Of a DNA stretch of 64,000 nt, positions 26,814 to 37,726 are shown one piece after another. Origin of the DNA: Raja brachyura (taxonomy: Eukaryota); the NCBI GenBank assembly GCA_963514005.1, contig OY740821.1, positions 12,834,001 through 12,898,000 on the forward strand, given 5' to 3'. The notes under the pieces are model-generated. The model saw only the letters and a program-made list of their open reading frames with translations. It ran no database searches and was not told the DNA's origin. The stretch's first letter is position 1. The number at the start of each line of letters is the position of its first letter. Position numbers and translations under genes: made by a program.

Positions 26814-26969
26814 CTCGCTCCTTCTTGGTCTTGCTGTTTGCCAGGCAGGCTTTGGCACTTCCAAGTGCCACCAACCATTTCTGTCTCTCTGCCGCATTCA
26901 TAGCCTTGAGGTAGAAGTATTGCTCTCCTGGGATAATCAGGTCCATCCTTGTGTTATCTGCTAAATGCA
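26814..26969 (-). CDS. PLEKHA3-like exon 3 (PH domain C-half)
   Basis: 156 nt. Encodes [52 protein letters not shown]. Confidence 0.95.
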
Positions 26970-27200
26970 CTAACAAGAGAAATGCATTACTTCACTGCGG
27001 GGATTAGGTAGCAGAGTGCTGTTTTAGGACCTTAGTCACACAAATCATGCAGCAAAACCCAATGGGCAGAATAGAAGAGGAATCTTGTACTCAAAATACC
27101 AACAAGTATAAATTAACACTGTGCAACATCTCATGGGAACTAATAGACCCACCTTAACAGAAATTACTATCATGGATGCCAAAATCTATTGTTGCTCTAC

Positions 27201-27317
27201 CTTTTATTTCACACACGGCCATTTTGATGCTTCCTTTACTGCCTTTGTCGACATCTTCCTGCGAGTCGTAGTAGGAGAACACGCTGCCATCCAACACAAA
27301 GTACCTTGGTTGCCAAC
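27201..27317 (-). CDS. PLEKHA3-like exon 2 (PH domain)
   Basis: 117 nt. Encodes [39 protein letters not shown]. Confidence 0.95.
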
Positions 27318-27459
27318 CTACCAATGACAGATTACAAGAGTCACTGGAACATTATAGCAAGGGACAAGTAATGAATACGTTGTGGGGAAAAGATTGGGGT
27401 GGGGTAGAAACTGAAGTGCCTTCAGTTTGTTTATCCATTCAATGAGATCAACCTTTGTT

Positions 27460-27685
27460 TAGTTTAGAGATACAGCATGGAAACAAGCCCTTCAGCCCGA
27501 GTCCACGCTGACCATCTGTTCACACCAGTCCCACGTTATTCCACTTCGCATCCACTCCCTACATACTAGGGTTAATTTCAGGGGGAATGTGCAAATTCCA
27601 CACAGACAACATCCAAGGTCAGAATCAAACCTGGGTTGCTGGCACTGAGGCAGCTGTTCTACCAGCTCCCCCACTGTGCCACCAG
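27460..27685 (-). mobile_element. HE1-like V-SINE
   Basis: Tail GTTTAGAGATACAGCATGGAAACAAGCCCTTCAGCCC plus head GGCACAGTGGGGGAGCTGGTAGAACAGCTGCCTC. Confidence 0.72.
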
Positions 27686-27719
27686 AATCTTTATACAGAA
27701 TCTCCCACAAGAAAATATC

Positions 27720-27950
27720 TGCTCCACCTTGTCAACACTGTTTAGGATCTTATACACTTTAATCAAGTCCCCTCTAACCCTTCTGATTTTTTGCAGATAC
27801 AAACCTAGCCAGTTCAACATTTCCTCACAAGGCAACCCACCCAATCCAGGTATGAGTCTAGAAGTAGTTCAAATACAGTTACATCCCTCAATCAGGAGAC
27901 CAATACTGTGCATAGTATACTCCAGATGTGGTATCACCATGCCCGATATA
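27720..27950 (-). mobile_element. CR1-like LINE ORF2 fragment
   Basis: ORF GLPCEEMLNWLGLYLQKIRRVRGDLIKVYKILNSVDKV. Confidence 0.75.
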
Positions 27951-30900
27951 ACTGAAGTTAAGTGTCAAAAGTGCTTAATTGTCAGATGTATCGGCAACAG
28001 AACAATGAAATTCCTACTAGCTGCAACTTAACAGGCCGGTGAACACAATGACACAGATATAATAATCAATAATACAATAAATTAATAACTTGCACTAGGC
28101 AATCATAATTGTGCAAAACCAAAGTCTGTAGTTCAACCAAAGACACAGTCCAAAGAAGATCATAGTTGCTCAGGTTAATGTTGCATAGTGTTCAAGAGCC
28201 TATTATCTCTACTTCCATCGGGTCAGGCAGCATCTCTGGATTCATGTCCTTCAGAGATGCTGCTGGACCCACTGAGTTAGTCCAGCACTTTGTTTGTTTT
28301 TTTGTCAATCAGCAACTGTAGTCTCTGGTATCTGCATCTCCACCTTCGTAGTCAATTCCCCCCCCCCAACAATAAATGCTAACGTTGTTAGCTTTCTTAA
28401 TTCCTTCCTGTACCTGCACACTGGCCTTTTCATATATCCCTCAGGGGACACAGATCCGTCAATCTCTGGACTCTGCCATCTCAGGTTACTCCCTTAACTA
28501 GTCCACATCCTTGTATAACCTTATGTTCTCTTCACAACTTACTTGCCTACCTTTGTCTCATCGGAAAATGTAGCGATTATACCATTGGTGCCTTTATCCA
28601 TGCAATTCGTCAAGATTGTAGATTGTAAAATGGCAACCTGGTTGGCCCACTTCCGTGCGACATATAGCTCTGTAACTATGCAAAAACTTTGAGCCTAAGC
28701 ACTCGCCTTGAAGAAGGATCTTTTCCAACCAGAAAGTTACCTTTATATGCCTACTTATCCACATTAATTAGATCCTATACCACGAGCTTTAATTTCCACA
28801 ATAACTTTTGGATAAGGCACTTGATCAAAATGTTAAATTCTACACCCTTGATAGATGTCAAAAGGTTTGTAGCAAGACGCCAAACTTGACCAGTTGGTGG
28901 TGGTTAAGTCTCGAGGCTAACATTCAGAGGACTTAACCCTGATCCAGAGACATGTTTGAATTATCCTAAATTTTGATTTTTAATTAAAAGAACAACAAAC
29001 CCATCACAAAAGTTATTATTTTGACCTTCCCATAAGCCAAGTGAGGGGTCAAATGACTACTTGCACTCAGATGTATTGACGAGGTTTTGTATTTACTGTA
29101 CACATTAAAGCACATGAGTGGTTGACCACAACTTCATGCTCAAAAAATGATAAAGGATTCCCATCTTTTAAATCTGTCAACCAATCTGTCATCCTGAAAA
29201 TATATATTTTAAAAAATATTACAAAATTCTAAAGTAGAGATTTGCTTTTTTTTTTAAAAAAGACATCCACAGAAGGAGGCAAGCAATTGAAAATTAAACC
29301 AACTTGTAGATGTTGAAAATCATGAAAAGAAACAGAACACGTTGGGAAGACACAGCTCAGCTGAAATTTGTGGAGAAGTTGAATACTATCATCAGACCTG
29401 ACCAAATGCTGCCTGACCTGCTGAGTCCAGCATTTTTCCCTTGCATGGGAACAGACAAATATTTTGGCTCAAGTTATACAAACACAACAAAAGTACACCA
29501 CCCAGAAACCAGTGTCGCTAGGCATTGCATCACAGTATTCAATGGATCTTGGTACATACTATGTGGGAGCATTGCAGCTCCTCCTGTTTAGAATAGACTT
29601 TGTGGTAAGCAGGGAGAACAGGCCAAACAAGCAATTACCAAAAGATCAGGTTGAGCACCTCTGACCCTAGACATACATTCAACCACTGATGCACTAATTT
29701 GTGATGTGCAACCCAGGCTCAAGTTCTACAGCTCTAAACCTGGTGTGACTGGGTACTGGGAACATAGTTTTTCTTCATTGGATTTTGAGCTGCACCATAT
29801 CCAGTACCAGCAAGGATGGCAATCTTCTCCAAAAATCAGATCACCAACACTATTCCATCAAATTCCAAAGCAAATGTAAATTTAAAAAAAACTGCAGATA
29901 CTGAAAATCTGAAATAGTCGTCTGGCAAAGGGTTTCAGACTTGAAACATTGACTGTTTCTCATTTCCACAGATGCTGCCCAACCTGCTGAGCAGTTCCAG
30001 CAGCATCTGTTTTAATTTATTTCTGAAGCAACATAGCCACCTTATTTCTTAGCATACATGCTGCAAACTGAAAGTACTCCCTTCAAGATAGTGTATTAAT
30101 TTAACTTTTTAATTTCCCTCTGCATTTCGCCACTATAGCACACTCATTGTTCTACACCACTTAAATCAAGAGATTATGCAGAACTGTACTTCCCATATCC
30201 AAAAGCACAACAGGTCCCATCACCCAAATCTTGCTCACTGCACTCTACTGGCTCCCTGGACTGCAAAGTTTGTGTTAAAATTCTCATTCTTGTTTTCTTG
30301 CAGATATTACAATCGTCAGTCCCACAAGGTCTGTGTTTTCAACTGTTTGGGCCTAGAGCTCTTGAATCCTCCCCAAACTTTTTTCACTCCACTTCCTCCT
30401 ATGTGACTGTTTAACATACATTCCAAAGCTTTTAGTTATCTGACCTGTTATCTCCTAATGTGAAGCATTGTACCATTTTGTTTGATTCCACTTCATGTTA
30501 AAGGTGCTGTGTAGTGTTGCAATAATGGTAAAATCATCACAGATTGGAATTTTCTCTCGCATTCGCGTTAGAATAGCAAAGAGCACAGACAGAACATATA
30601 ACCCAACAAGCCCCTGCTAGTTTATTTTCCATGCAAACCTCCTCGCACTTCAACGCAGCGGCCAATACAAAAAATCACTCGTGTTTATCGAGATTCCTCT
30701 TCACATCAATGTTATTTACCTTACAATGGCAAGCCCAATGTTCGAACCACTCCTCACTCAGTATTTTCGTAACGTGTATTATGTCAACAATTTAGGATTC
30801 TCTACAAGAAGACATTCTGTGTATGTCCTACAACATTTTACAAGGATCTGATGTTTTTGAAGGCGTACGTGAGGGATTTTTGCTTCTGCAGCCGAACACA

Positions 30901-30958
30901 ACTGTTAGCTTATTTTCAATACAACCGTGATTCCAGAAGATAATCAGAAGAGTGCTGA

Positions 30959-31070
30959 GCTCCATTCGTCACACACTTTTGGAATACATCACCTCTTAGG
31001 GTACCACGGCAAAAAAAGGTCTCAGTACCGTCAGAGGTGATGTATTCCAAAAATGTATGACGAATGGAGC
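30959..31070. repeat. Long inverted repeat (38-bp arms, extendable) in PLEKHA3-like intron 1
   Basis: 30959-30996 GCTCCATTCGTCACACACTTTTGGAATACATCACCTCT versus the reverse complement of 31033-31070: two mismatches. Confidence 0.85.
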
Positions 31071-31370
31071 CTATAACACTTTTTTGATTCTTTTCTTATA
31101 GGGCACAATCAGATTTGGCACCCTTGTGCCGTAGGAGGTTGGAACAGTTCTCAAGTTCCCACTCTCCATCGCTACACAGCGACCCCCAAACCGTGGCCCA
31201 CAAAGAGCTTTTCAGCTATAACGAAACAGTTGTCAATTGCAGCGAGCCCCAACCCGTTTACTGAGCGAGTACGTAGGCACATAAACTCTGCCAACAGCTC
31301 CGTGTCGGCAGCAGGTGAACTGGCTTCCAGAATCGCCAAACGGAATTAGCGGGAGCACCGTGCAACTTAC

Positions 31371-31410
31371 CACTCAGATAGTTGGTCCATTTGTGTAGCA
31401 CCCCCTCCAT
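31371..31410 (-). CDS. PLEKHA3-like (FAPP-family PI4P-adaptor PH protein) first coding exon; full CDS 870 nt / 289 aa over 8 exons
   Basis: ATG at 31410, MEGVLHKWTNYLS(G), donor G|GTAAGT. This is the FAPP N-terminus MEGVLYKWTNYLxG. No GLTP-domain exons found downstream. Confidence 0.93.
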
Positions 31411-31469
31411 TGGAGCAGCTGCTGGATCTCCTCAACTTGCTCGAGTCGCTGCAGGAAACAACAGGCACG

Positions 31470-31715
31470 CCTGTGATTGACAGCGGCCGTAACCAATCCA
31501 GCGGCGCCCGCGTCACTGGAACAAGTGCATTGTGCCGTCACCGAGGCATCGTCGCCGCAGTCGACCAATCACAGCGGCCGAACTGGGCTTCTGCTCCCCC
31601 AATGGTCAACTCTCGCCACACAGTTGGCCAATGAAAGCGGCGGAATAGAAGAGATTAGCCAATGGAGATCACGCTGTACGGGACATTTGAGCAAATCGCG
31701 ACACTGTCTCTGACG
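31470..31715. promoter_or_regulatory. CpG-rich promoter of the PLEKHA3-like gene with an array of CCAAT (NF-Y) boxes
   Basis: CCAAT at 31493, 31565, 31599, 31628 and 31659 in CpG-rich sequence directly upstream of the ATG. Confidence 0.7.
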
Positions 31716-33254
31716 GCGTTTGTCGGAAGGAACTGCAGATGCTGCTCCAATAGAACTTAGATACAGAGTGCTGGAGTAACTCAGTGGGTCAGGCAGCATC
31801 TCTGGCGAGCATGGATGGGCGACATTTCCAATTGGAACCCTTCTACACACTCAGTCAGACCCACTGAGTTACTCCAGCATTTTGTGCCCATCCTCAATGT
31901 TCACATGTGCAGGAAGGAACTGCAGATGCTGGTTTACACCGACGATAGACACAGAATGCTGGAGTAACTCAGCGGGACAGGCAGCATCTCTGGGGAGAAG
32001 GAATGGGTGACGTTTCGGGTCGAGACCCTTCGTCAGTCTGTGTCTATGTCTGATGGAGTTTTCCAGTTATGCACACACAGAAGTTCGTGGATATTTTTAT
32101 TATAAAAGTTGTTGCCTTGCCAATTCTGCATGTTGTAGTCAAAGAGAGGCAAAGAGAAGAAACAAAGAGCTGCAGCTGCTGGTTAATACACCAAAGGACA
32201 CAAATTGCTGGAGTAACTCAGTGGGACATGCAGCATCTCTGGAGAACATGGATCTCTGGAAACAATGTCCTCTGGAGATGCTGTCCGATCTGCTGAGTTA
32301 CTCCAGCGCTTTGTGCCTGAGAGGGAAAGAGAACTTGCAATAATTTGCATCATCAGTGCCAATAAAAGGGACCGGCAGCAAACAGGCTGGTGGTGTGGAG
32401 AGGAGGTCTTGTGGGGAGAATGGTTGGGGTGGGTCTGTAGGGGAGATATGGTTTGACCAGGGGAAAGGAGACATTGTGTGGCAGTGAATGGGGTTGGGGG
32501 AAATATAAGAATTGGGAAGAAGAATCAACCCTGCCATTAAGGTCAGAGCTGATTTAGGTTTAGGTTTATTATGGGCCCTGGTCCTGGGCTCCTCAGCCAG
32601 AACATCCAGTCTGTCAAGCCCTTTAGAAATGTTGTAAGTTGACACCTGGATCCAGGTGAGGATTGATGGATGGACCAGGTATGGGGGAATAGAGTGGAGA
32701 AATGCGTGGCTCTAGTAACTAGTCTGGGTGAGATCGTGGTCAAAGAACAGGAGAGCAGTAAAATCACAGGAGGGAGGCAGTGAGAAAGAGACTCTCAGAA
32801 CTCCAATTGGAGAGAGGAGGGGAACTTAAAGGTAGGCGTACTTTGAGGAGTGTTTGCAGTGGAACAGTAATATGGAGACACAAGTAGCTGCAGATGCTGG
32901 AAAATGGAACATAAACCAAATTGCTGGAAGAACTCACGAGGGGTTTCTCTTGCTCTTCAACCATGTTCTCGCATAGACTACACCCACAAAAGCACACTTG
33001 ACTAATGCCTCTACTTCCTCCGAAGAACAAGGAAATTCAGCAGGTCTCCAACGACTTACTAATTGTACAGATGCACAATAGAAAGCATTGTATTTGGATG
33101 TACTGCAACCTGGTTCTAATACCCAGTTCAAGGTTGTAGGGTCACATACGTACACAGGAGGTTCAATTTGTACCAATGTTGCCTTTGATTGGTGTGGTGC
33201 CTCAATCAAAAATCCAAGCAGTCATCCAGTGTGGCTGGGGTGTGAGACTATCAG

Positions 33255-33490
33255 GAGCACCATCTTTCAGATGAGGGATTGAGCCAAAGCCCTGCCTACT
33301 TGTGAGTGGCTGTTAAAGCACCCCCAGCACTATTTCAAAGAACCAGCAATTTCTTCCCAGTTATCAGGGCAACAGTTTATCCTTCAATCAAGATCTTGGA
33401 AATCTTATATGGTTATTAACATGGTGCTGTTTGTGGGATCTTTCTGTGTATAAATTGGTTGCCTGGTTTTCCATAGTACAGCGGTAACCA
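33255..33490 (+). mobile_element. Deu-domain SINE relic (SacSINE1/AmnSINE-like); minus-strand relics at ~59120-59400, ~40260-40400, ~23600-23760, ~7240-7370
   Basis: CATCTTTCAGATGAG...GCACTATTTCAAAGAA...TTTATCCTTCAATCAA...GCTGTTTGTGGGATCTTTCTGTGTATAAATTGGTTGCC resembles the Deu-domain consensus as I recall it. Confidence 0.6.
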
Positions 33491-34039
33491 CACTGGGAGA
33501 AAGCAGATGCAGTGTGAAGTGGCTCTACCACCTGCTCATTATTACTGGGGAAACTGGCCAGTTAAAGTGAAACTCTCACACCTCACCCTTTTTAGACAGT
33601 ACGGGATAATGCAAACAACCCTGGTATCTGGTGTTGCTAGGGTACGGATAACAGGACGTATATCACACAAAGCATTTCCTGCTGCATTTTAATCACCATT
33701 GACTCTTTCCATTTCTCTCACTGCACCTCTAGCAGAATATCTTATGTGCATCAAGATAGATTGATTTGCTCTTTTGGAGTTTGGGGATTTGTGGGCTGAT
33801 GCAGGGTGTGGTTCATAGTGTGCAAGCAGCAGCTAAATGGTGATGTACATTCCAATAACATTCACGGTTAGGTACACAGGAGTAGACCATTCTAGCTTTG
33901 CACCTGCTCCATCATTCAACAAAAGTGCTGGTCATCAATTTCAGGAACTGGGCTGGAGTACACACCAGTTTGTATCAATGATGCTGAAATGGAGATGGTC
34001 CAGAGCTTCAAGTTCCCAGGCATAATTATCACCAACATT

Positions 34040-34620
34040 TTGCCCTGGTCCAACTCTACGGCCAAGAAAGCACGCCAAGGCCTCTACTTCCTCAGAAGAT
34101 GAGAGAAATTCAGCATGCCTCCAATGATGTTTATCAACTCCTACAGATGCACTGTAGAAAGCACCATTGCTTGATATGGAAACTGCTCTGCCCAAGACCG
34201 CTAGAGATTGCAGAGAGTTGTGAGTGCAGCCCATTCTATCACACAAATTAGTCTCCAGCCGCTCCATCTATGGCTCCATCTACACTCCACGTTGCATCAG
34301 GGAAGCAGCCAAAATAATCAAGGACCAGTCACACCCCTCTTCTCCCCTCTCCTGTTAGCCAAAAGATACAAAAGCTTGAAAACATGTACCACCAGGTTCA
34401 AGGATGGCTTCTTCCCTACTATTATCAGACTCTTGAATGCTCATAAGCTAAGGATGCATTCACGATCTCTCAATCTGCCTCGCTGCAGCTCTTGCACTGT
34501 TTTTTGATCTGGACTCACGTTTGTTTTCTCTTTTTGCACGACCTCTTGTACTCATGATTTGACAGCACACATACAACGTTTTCACTGTATCACGGTACAC
34601 GTAACAATAAATTGAAACCA
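34040..34620 (+). mobile_element. Rex1/Babar-like LINE 3' fragment (related pieces at ~5960-6130, ~8460-8710, ~32970-33120, ~46630-47010)
   Basis: Encodes KKARQGLYFLRR..KFSM...YRCTVES...LQRVVSAA...RYKSLKTCTTRFKDGFFPTIIRLLN, typical of this clade's C-terminus. Confidence 0.7.
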
Positions 34621-36855
34621 ATGAGATCCACTTCAATCCTTTTCTGCCAACTCCATGGGTTTTTTAATGTCTGCCGTATTAGCACATTTTGTCTCATCCT
34701 ATCACAGATATTCCCTCTGTTCTGCCATTCTCCCCATCCACCACCTTCTCTGCCGCTGAAAACGTACTTGTTTTCTCTCTGTGGGGCACCGGACCTGATT
34801 AATTGTTTCTTTCTCCACAGATGCTGTCTGATCTGCTGAGTGTTTCCAATGTGTTCTGTTTATGTTAGCATCCGGTTGCCTAGCGTTAAAATATCCCGGG
34901 CGCCCTATTCCAGCCACCCTCATATCTCTAAGTTAAGTCATTTTGGGGGACAAGAGGAGGCCATTCGACCCATCAGCCCAAATGCCTGCCTCAACAAGGG
35001 CATGGCCCCAGGTTTTGGAACCTCCAACCTCTAACCTCTTACCAGGTCTCTCCATGTCTTAAATATAGCGGTGAGATACAATATCTGAACAAATCAAAAC
35101 ACTCTTGGAATAAGTTTCATTCAAGCAATCTTCAGAAGGCGAGTAGGTCGTTACATTGCAGGGGAATGGACGGCGCTACTGCTTTGATGATGAGAGGACA
35201 CGTGAGCACCAGCATGGATCAGTGGGGCCAAATGTCAAGTTTATATGATGGAAATACTCGGATAGGTTTTTTGGGAAGTGTGGTGTTTGTTGTGTTGCTC
35301 GCACAGGAAACAACCAGTCACTTCCTACTATTACTACTACTTTGCCGGGTCTATTTAGCAGTCCGAAGAAGGGTCTCGACCCTGAAACGTCACCCATTCC
35401 TTCTCTCCAGAGATGCTGCCTGTCCCGCTGAGTTACTCCAGAGTTACTTTGCTGGGGACGTTTCAGCAAGAAATGCCATTCCTCCAGAGCTGCCCAGGCC
35501 GAATCATTGCACATCTGAGGTTTGGTGTCTCTCCTGAAATTGGCCGGCTCCTGTGGCAGGGGTGACTTGATCACATTTCACTGTGCCAACTGGCACATAT
35601 GACAAATAAATGTATCTTGTATCTTGACACACGGCCACTTGGAAACACTGATAGAATGCAAAGGTTTCAAAGGTCCTAATGTAATGGCATTTGAAATAGT
35701 TGTAGCTCCATTGCATACTTCTAGTGTAATTGCCCTGTAAGTTATTGAGGAACTTGCATCGAAATAACATCACATCAGGTTGAACCGGGAGAACAGGGTG
35801 TTCTGTCAATATTGTTATGACCATACCCTTTTTATAATCTCTTCCAACGGCCAGTCTCCAACATCGTCAACGTGAAACTTGCTGTCAAAATCAAAGCCCG
35901 TCTCACCCGCCCTCCCCGTCGCTCTTGGTCCCAGCATCATCTCCGTGCTCAATTTACCCCCCCCCCCCCCCCCCCCCGGTGCTCATATCGGCAATCTGAG
36001 AGCCTGTATAACATATTGGAGGGATTCCACTTACTTTCCCTGCAGAATTTGTTTTGGTCAGATTTTTCATTCAGGTCGTGAGCCAAAGAGATACAGCATG
36101 GAAACAAGCCCTTTTGCCCTTTTAGAACATACAAACTCCGTACAGATGGCGCTGTGAGGCAGCAACTCTACCGCTGCGCCATCGTGCAAAAACAAAGAGG
36201 TGTCTGTTTGATGCCCCTTTCCTGAAAATGTGTTGCCGTGCGAGTCCTCATGGGTTCCGGATTTCTTCTTAATTCTTCAATGAAAAGCATCTTACTTTCC
36301 TAGAATAGTCGCCGTTCCTTTTAGTTTATCGTTTTGCATCCCCCAATAACATGTAATTTTAGTTGAAAACACTGAGCTCGATGTCCTTGTAATATTCTCA
36401 TCTCCATGTAACTCAGTCAGTATTTAACGTCCCGAGTCCAATCCACATTGCCCCGTGGTCGGGCATTTCCCTTTCTATTACCGTAACCTTTGTACAAGCC
36501 CCGTCTCAATCAATATTCCATTACATCAGATGCTTCCGCCTCATCTGTTCGGTGTCTGGCGATGTTTTCTCTGCTATTGCATCTTCTCTTGACGTGGCTT
36601 CAACGCATTTTAAAAATAACTGTCCTCTCACTAGACGTGGGAGTCGATGGCAAAGCGAGGATATATGGTCCATTCTTAATTGCCCTTGAACTTGCACTGC
36701 AGTCAGGGTACTTAAAATGGGTCTGGAATTACAGACTGATAAAGAGAGAGGCAACTAGAGGGTCCATGACCATTCTTACTTAAACTGATTTCTAAAAAAT
36801 AATTTGATGTAAATGCAACTCAACGTCTTTAGAAATAATTTCTAGCGCTTGCTGT

Positions 36856-36861
36856 TTTATT
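36856..36861 (-). terminator. Candidate distal poly(A) signal of TNS2 (alternative candidate at 39884-39889)
   Basis: AATAAA on the minus strand at the end of a long UTR-like region downstream of the stop at 43260. Confidence 0.3.
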
Positions 36862-37367
36862 AACAAATTAAATTCTGTTATACATTGCAGCACAGGAGTC
36901 CCATAAACTCTACATTGGCACGGGAAACATTTAAACAAATTCCAACAGCATCTCACATCTTCCAGCAGGCGGCGCCGCTGTAGCATTCTTCCCACTGTTA
37001 GTACAAGAAAACACAATATTCTCTCAACTGCTCCAAGCACACATTATTCACACATGGTCTGGAGGAACAGAGGTGAAAACAAGTCAGTCAGTGCTTGTCT
37101 CGGTCTCAAAACCTACCCACAAATGGCGTACATTTATAATGTTCCCCAACTGAGCCAGGGTTCAATCTGGCTGAGTTCAAACAGGTAAAGTAAGGGCATT
37201 TGCTGACACAATACTGCTTTGATCCCCTTGATGCAATCCAGGATTCCCAAATGCTCACTGACAACCCCTGCTAGAGATGTGCCGTGTGGACAAGGCAGTT
37301 ATGGGTGTGACTACGTCCATGATCAAATAGCTTGTTGCCATGTTGGGCCGAGACTGGTAAACAAATA

Positions 37368-37726
37368 AGATCATAAGGTCATAAGGAATAGGAGTAGAAT
37401 TCGACCATTCGGCCCATCATGTCTACTCCGCCATTCAATCATGGCTGATCTATCTCTCCCTCCTAACCCCATTCTCCTGCCTTCTCCCCATAACCTCTGA
37501 CACCTGTACTGATCAAGAATCTATTTATCTCTGCCTTAAAAAATATTCACTGACTTGGCCTCTACAGCCATGTGTGGCAATGAATTCCACAGATTCACCA
37601 CCCTCTGACTGAAGAAATGTTTCCTCATCTCCTTCTTAAAAGAATGTCCTTTAATTCTGAGGCTATGACCTCTAGTCCTAGACTCACCAACTAGTGGAAA
37701 CATCCTCTCCACATCCACTCTATCCA
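37368..37726 (-). mobile_element. CR1-like LINE 3' fragment
   Basis: ORF LDRVDVERMFPLVGESRTRGHSLRIKG...RVVNLWNSLP; same subfamily as 60875-61635. Confidence 0.88.
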
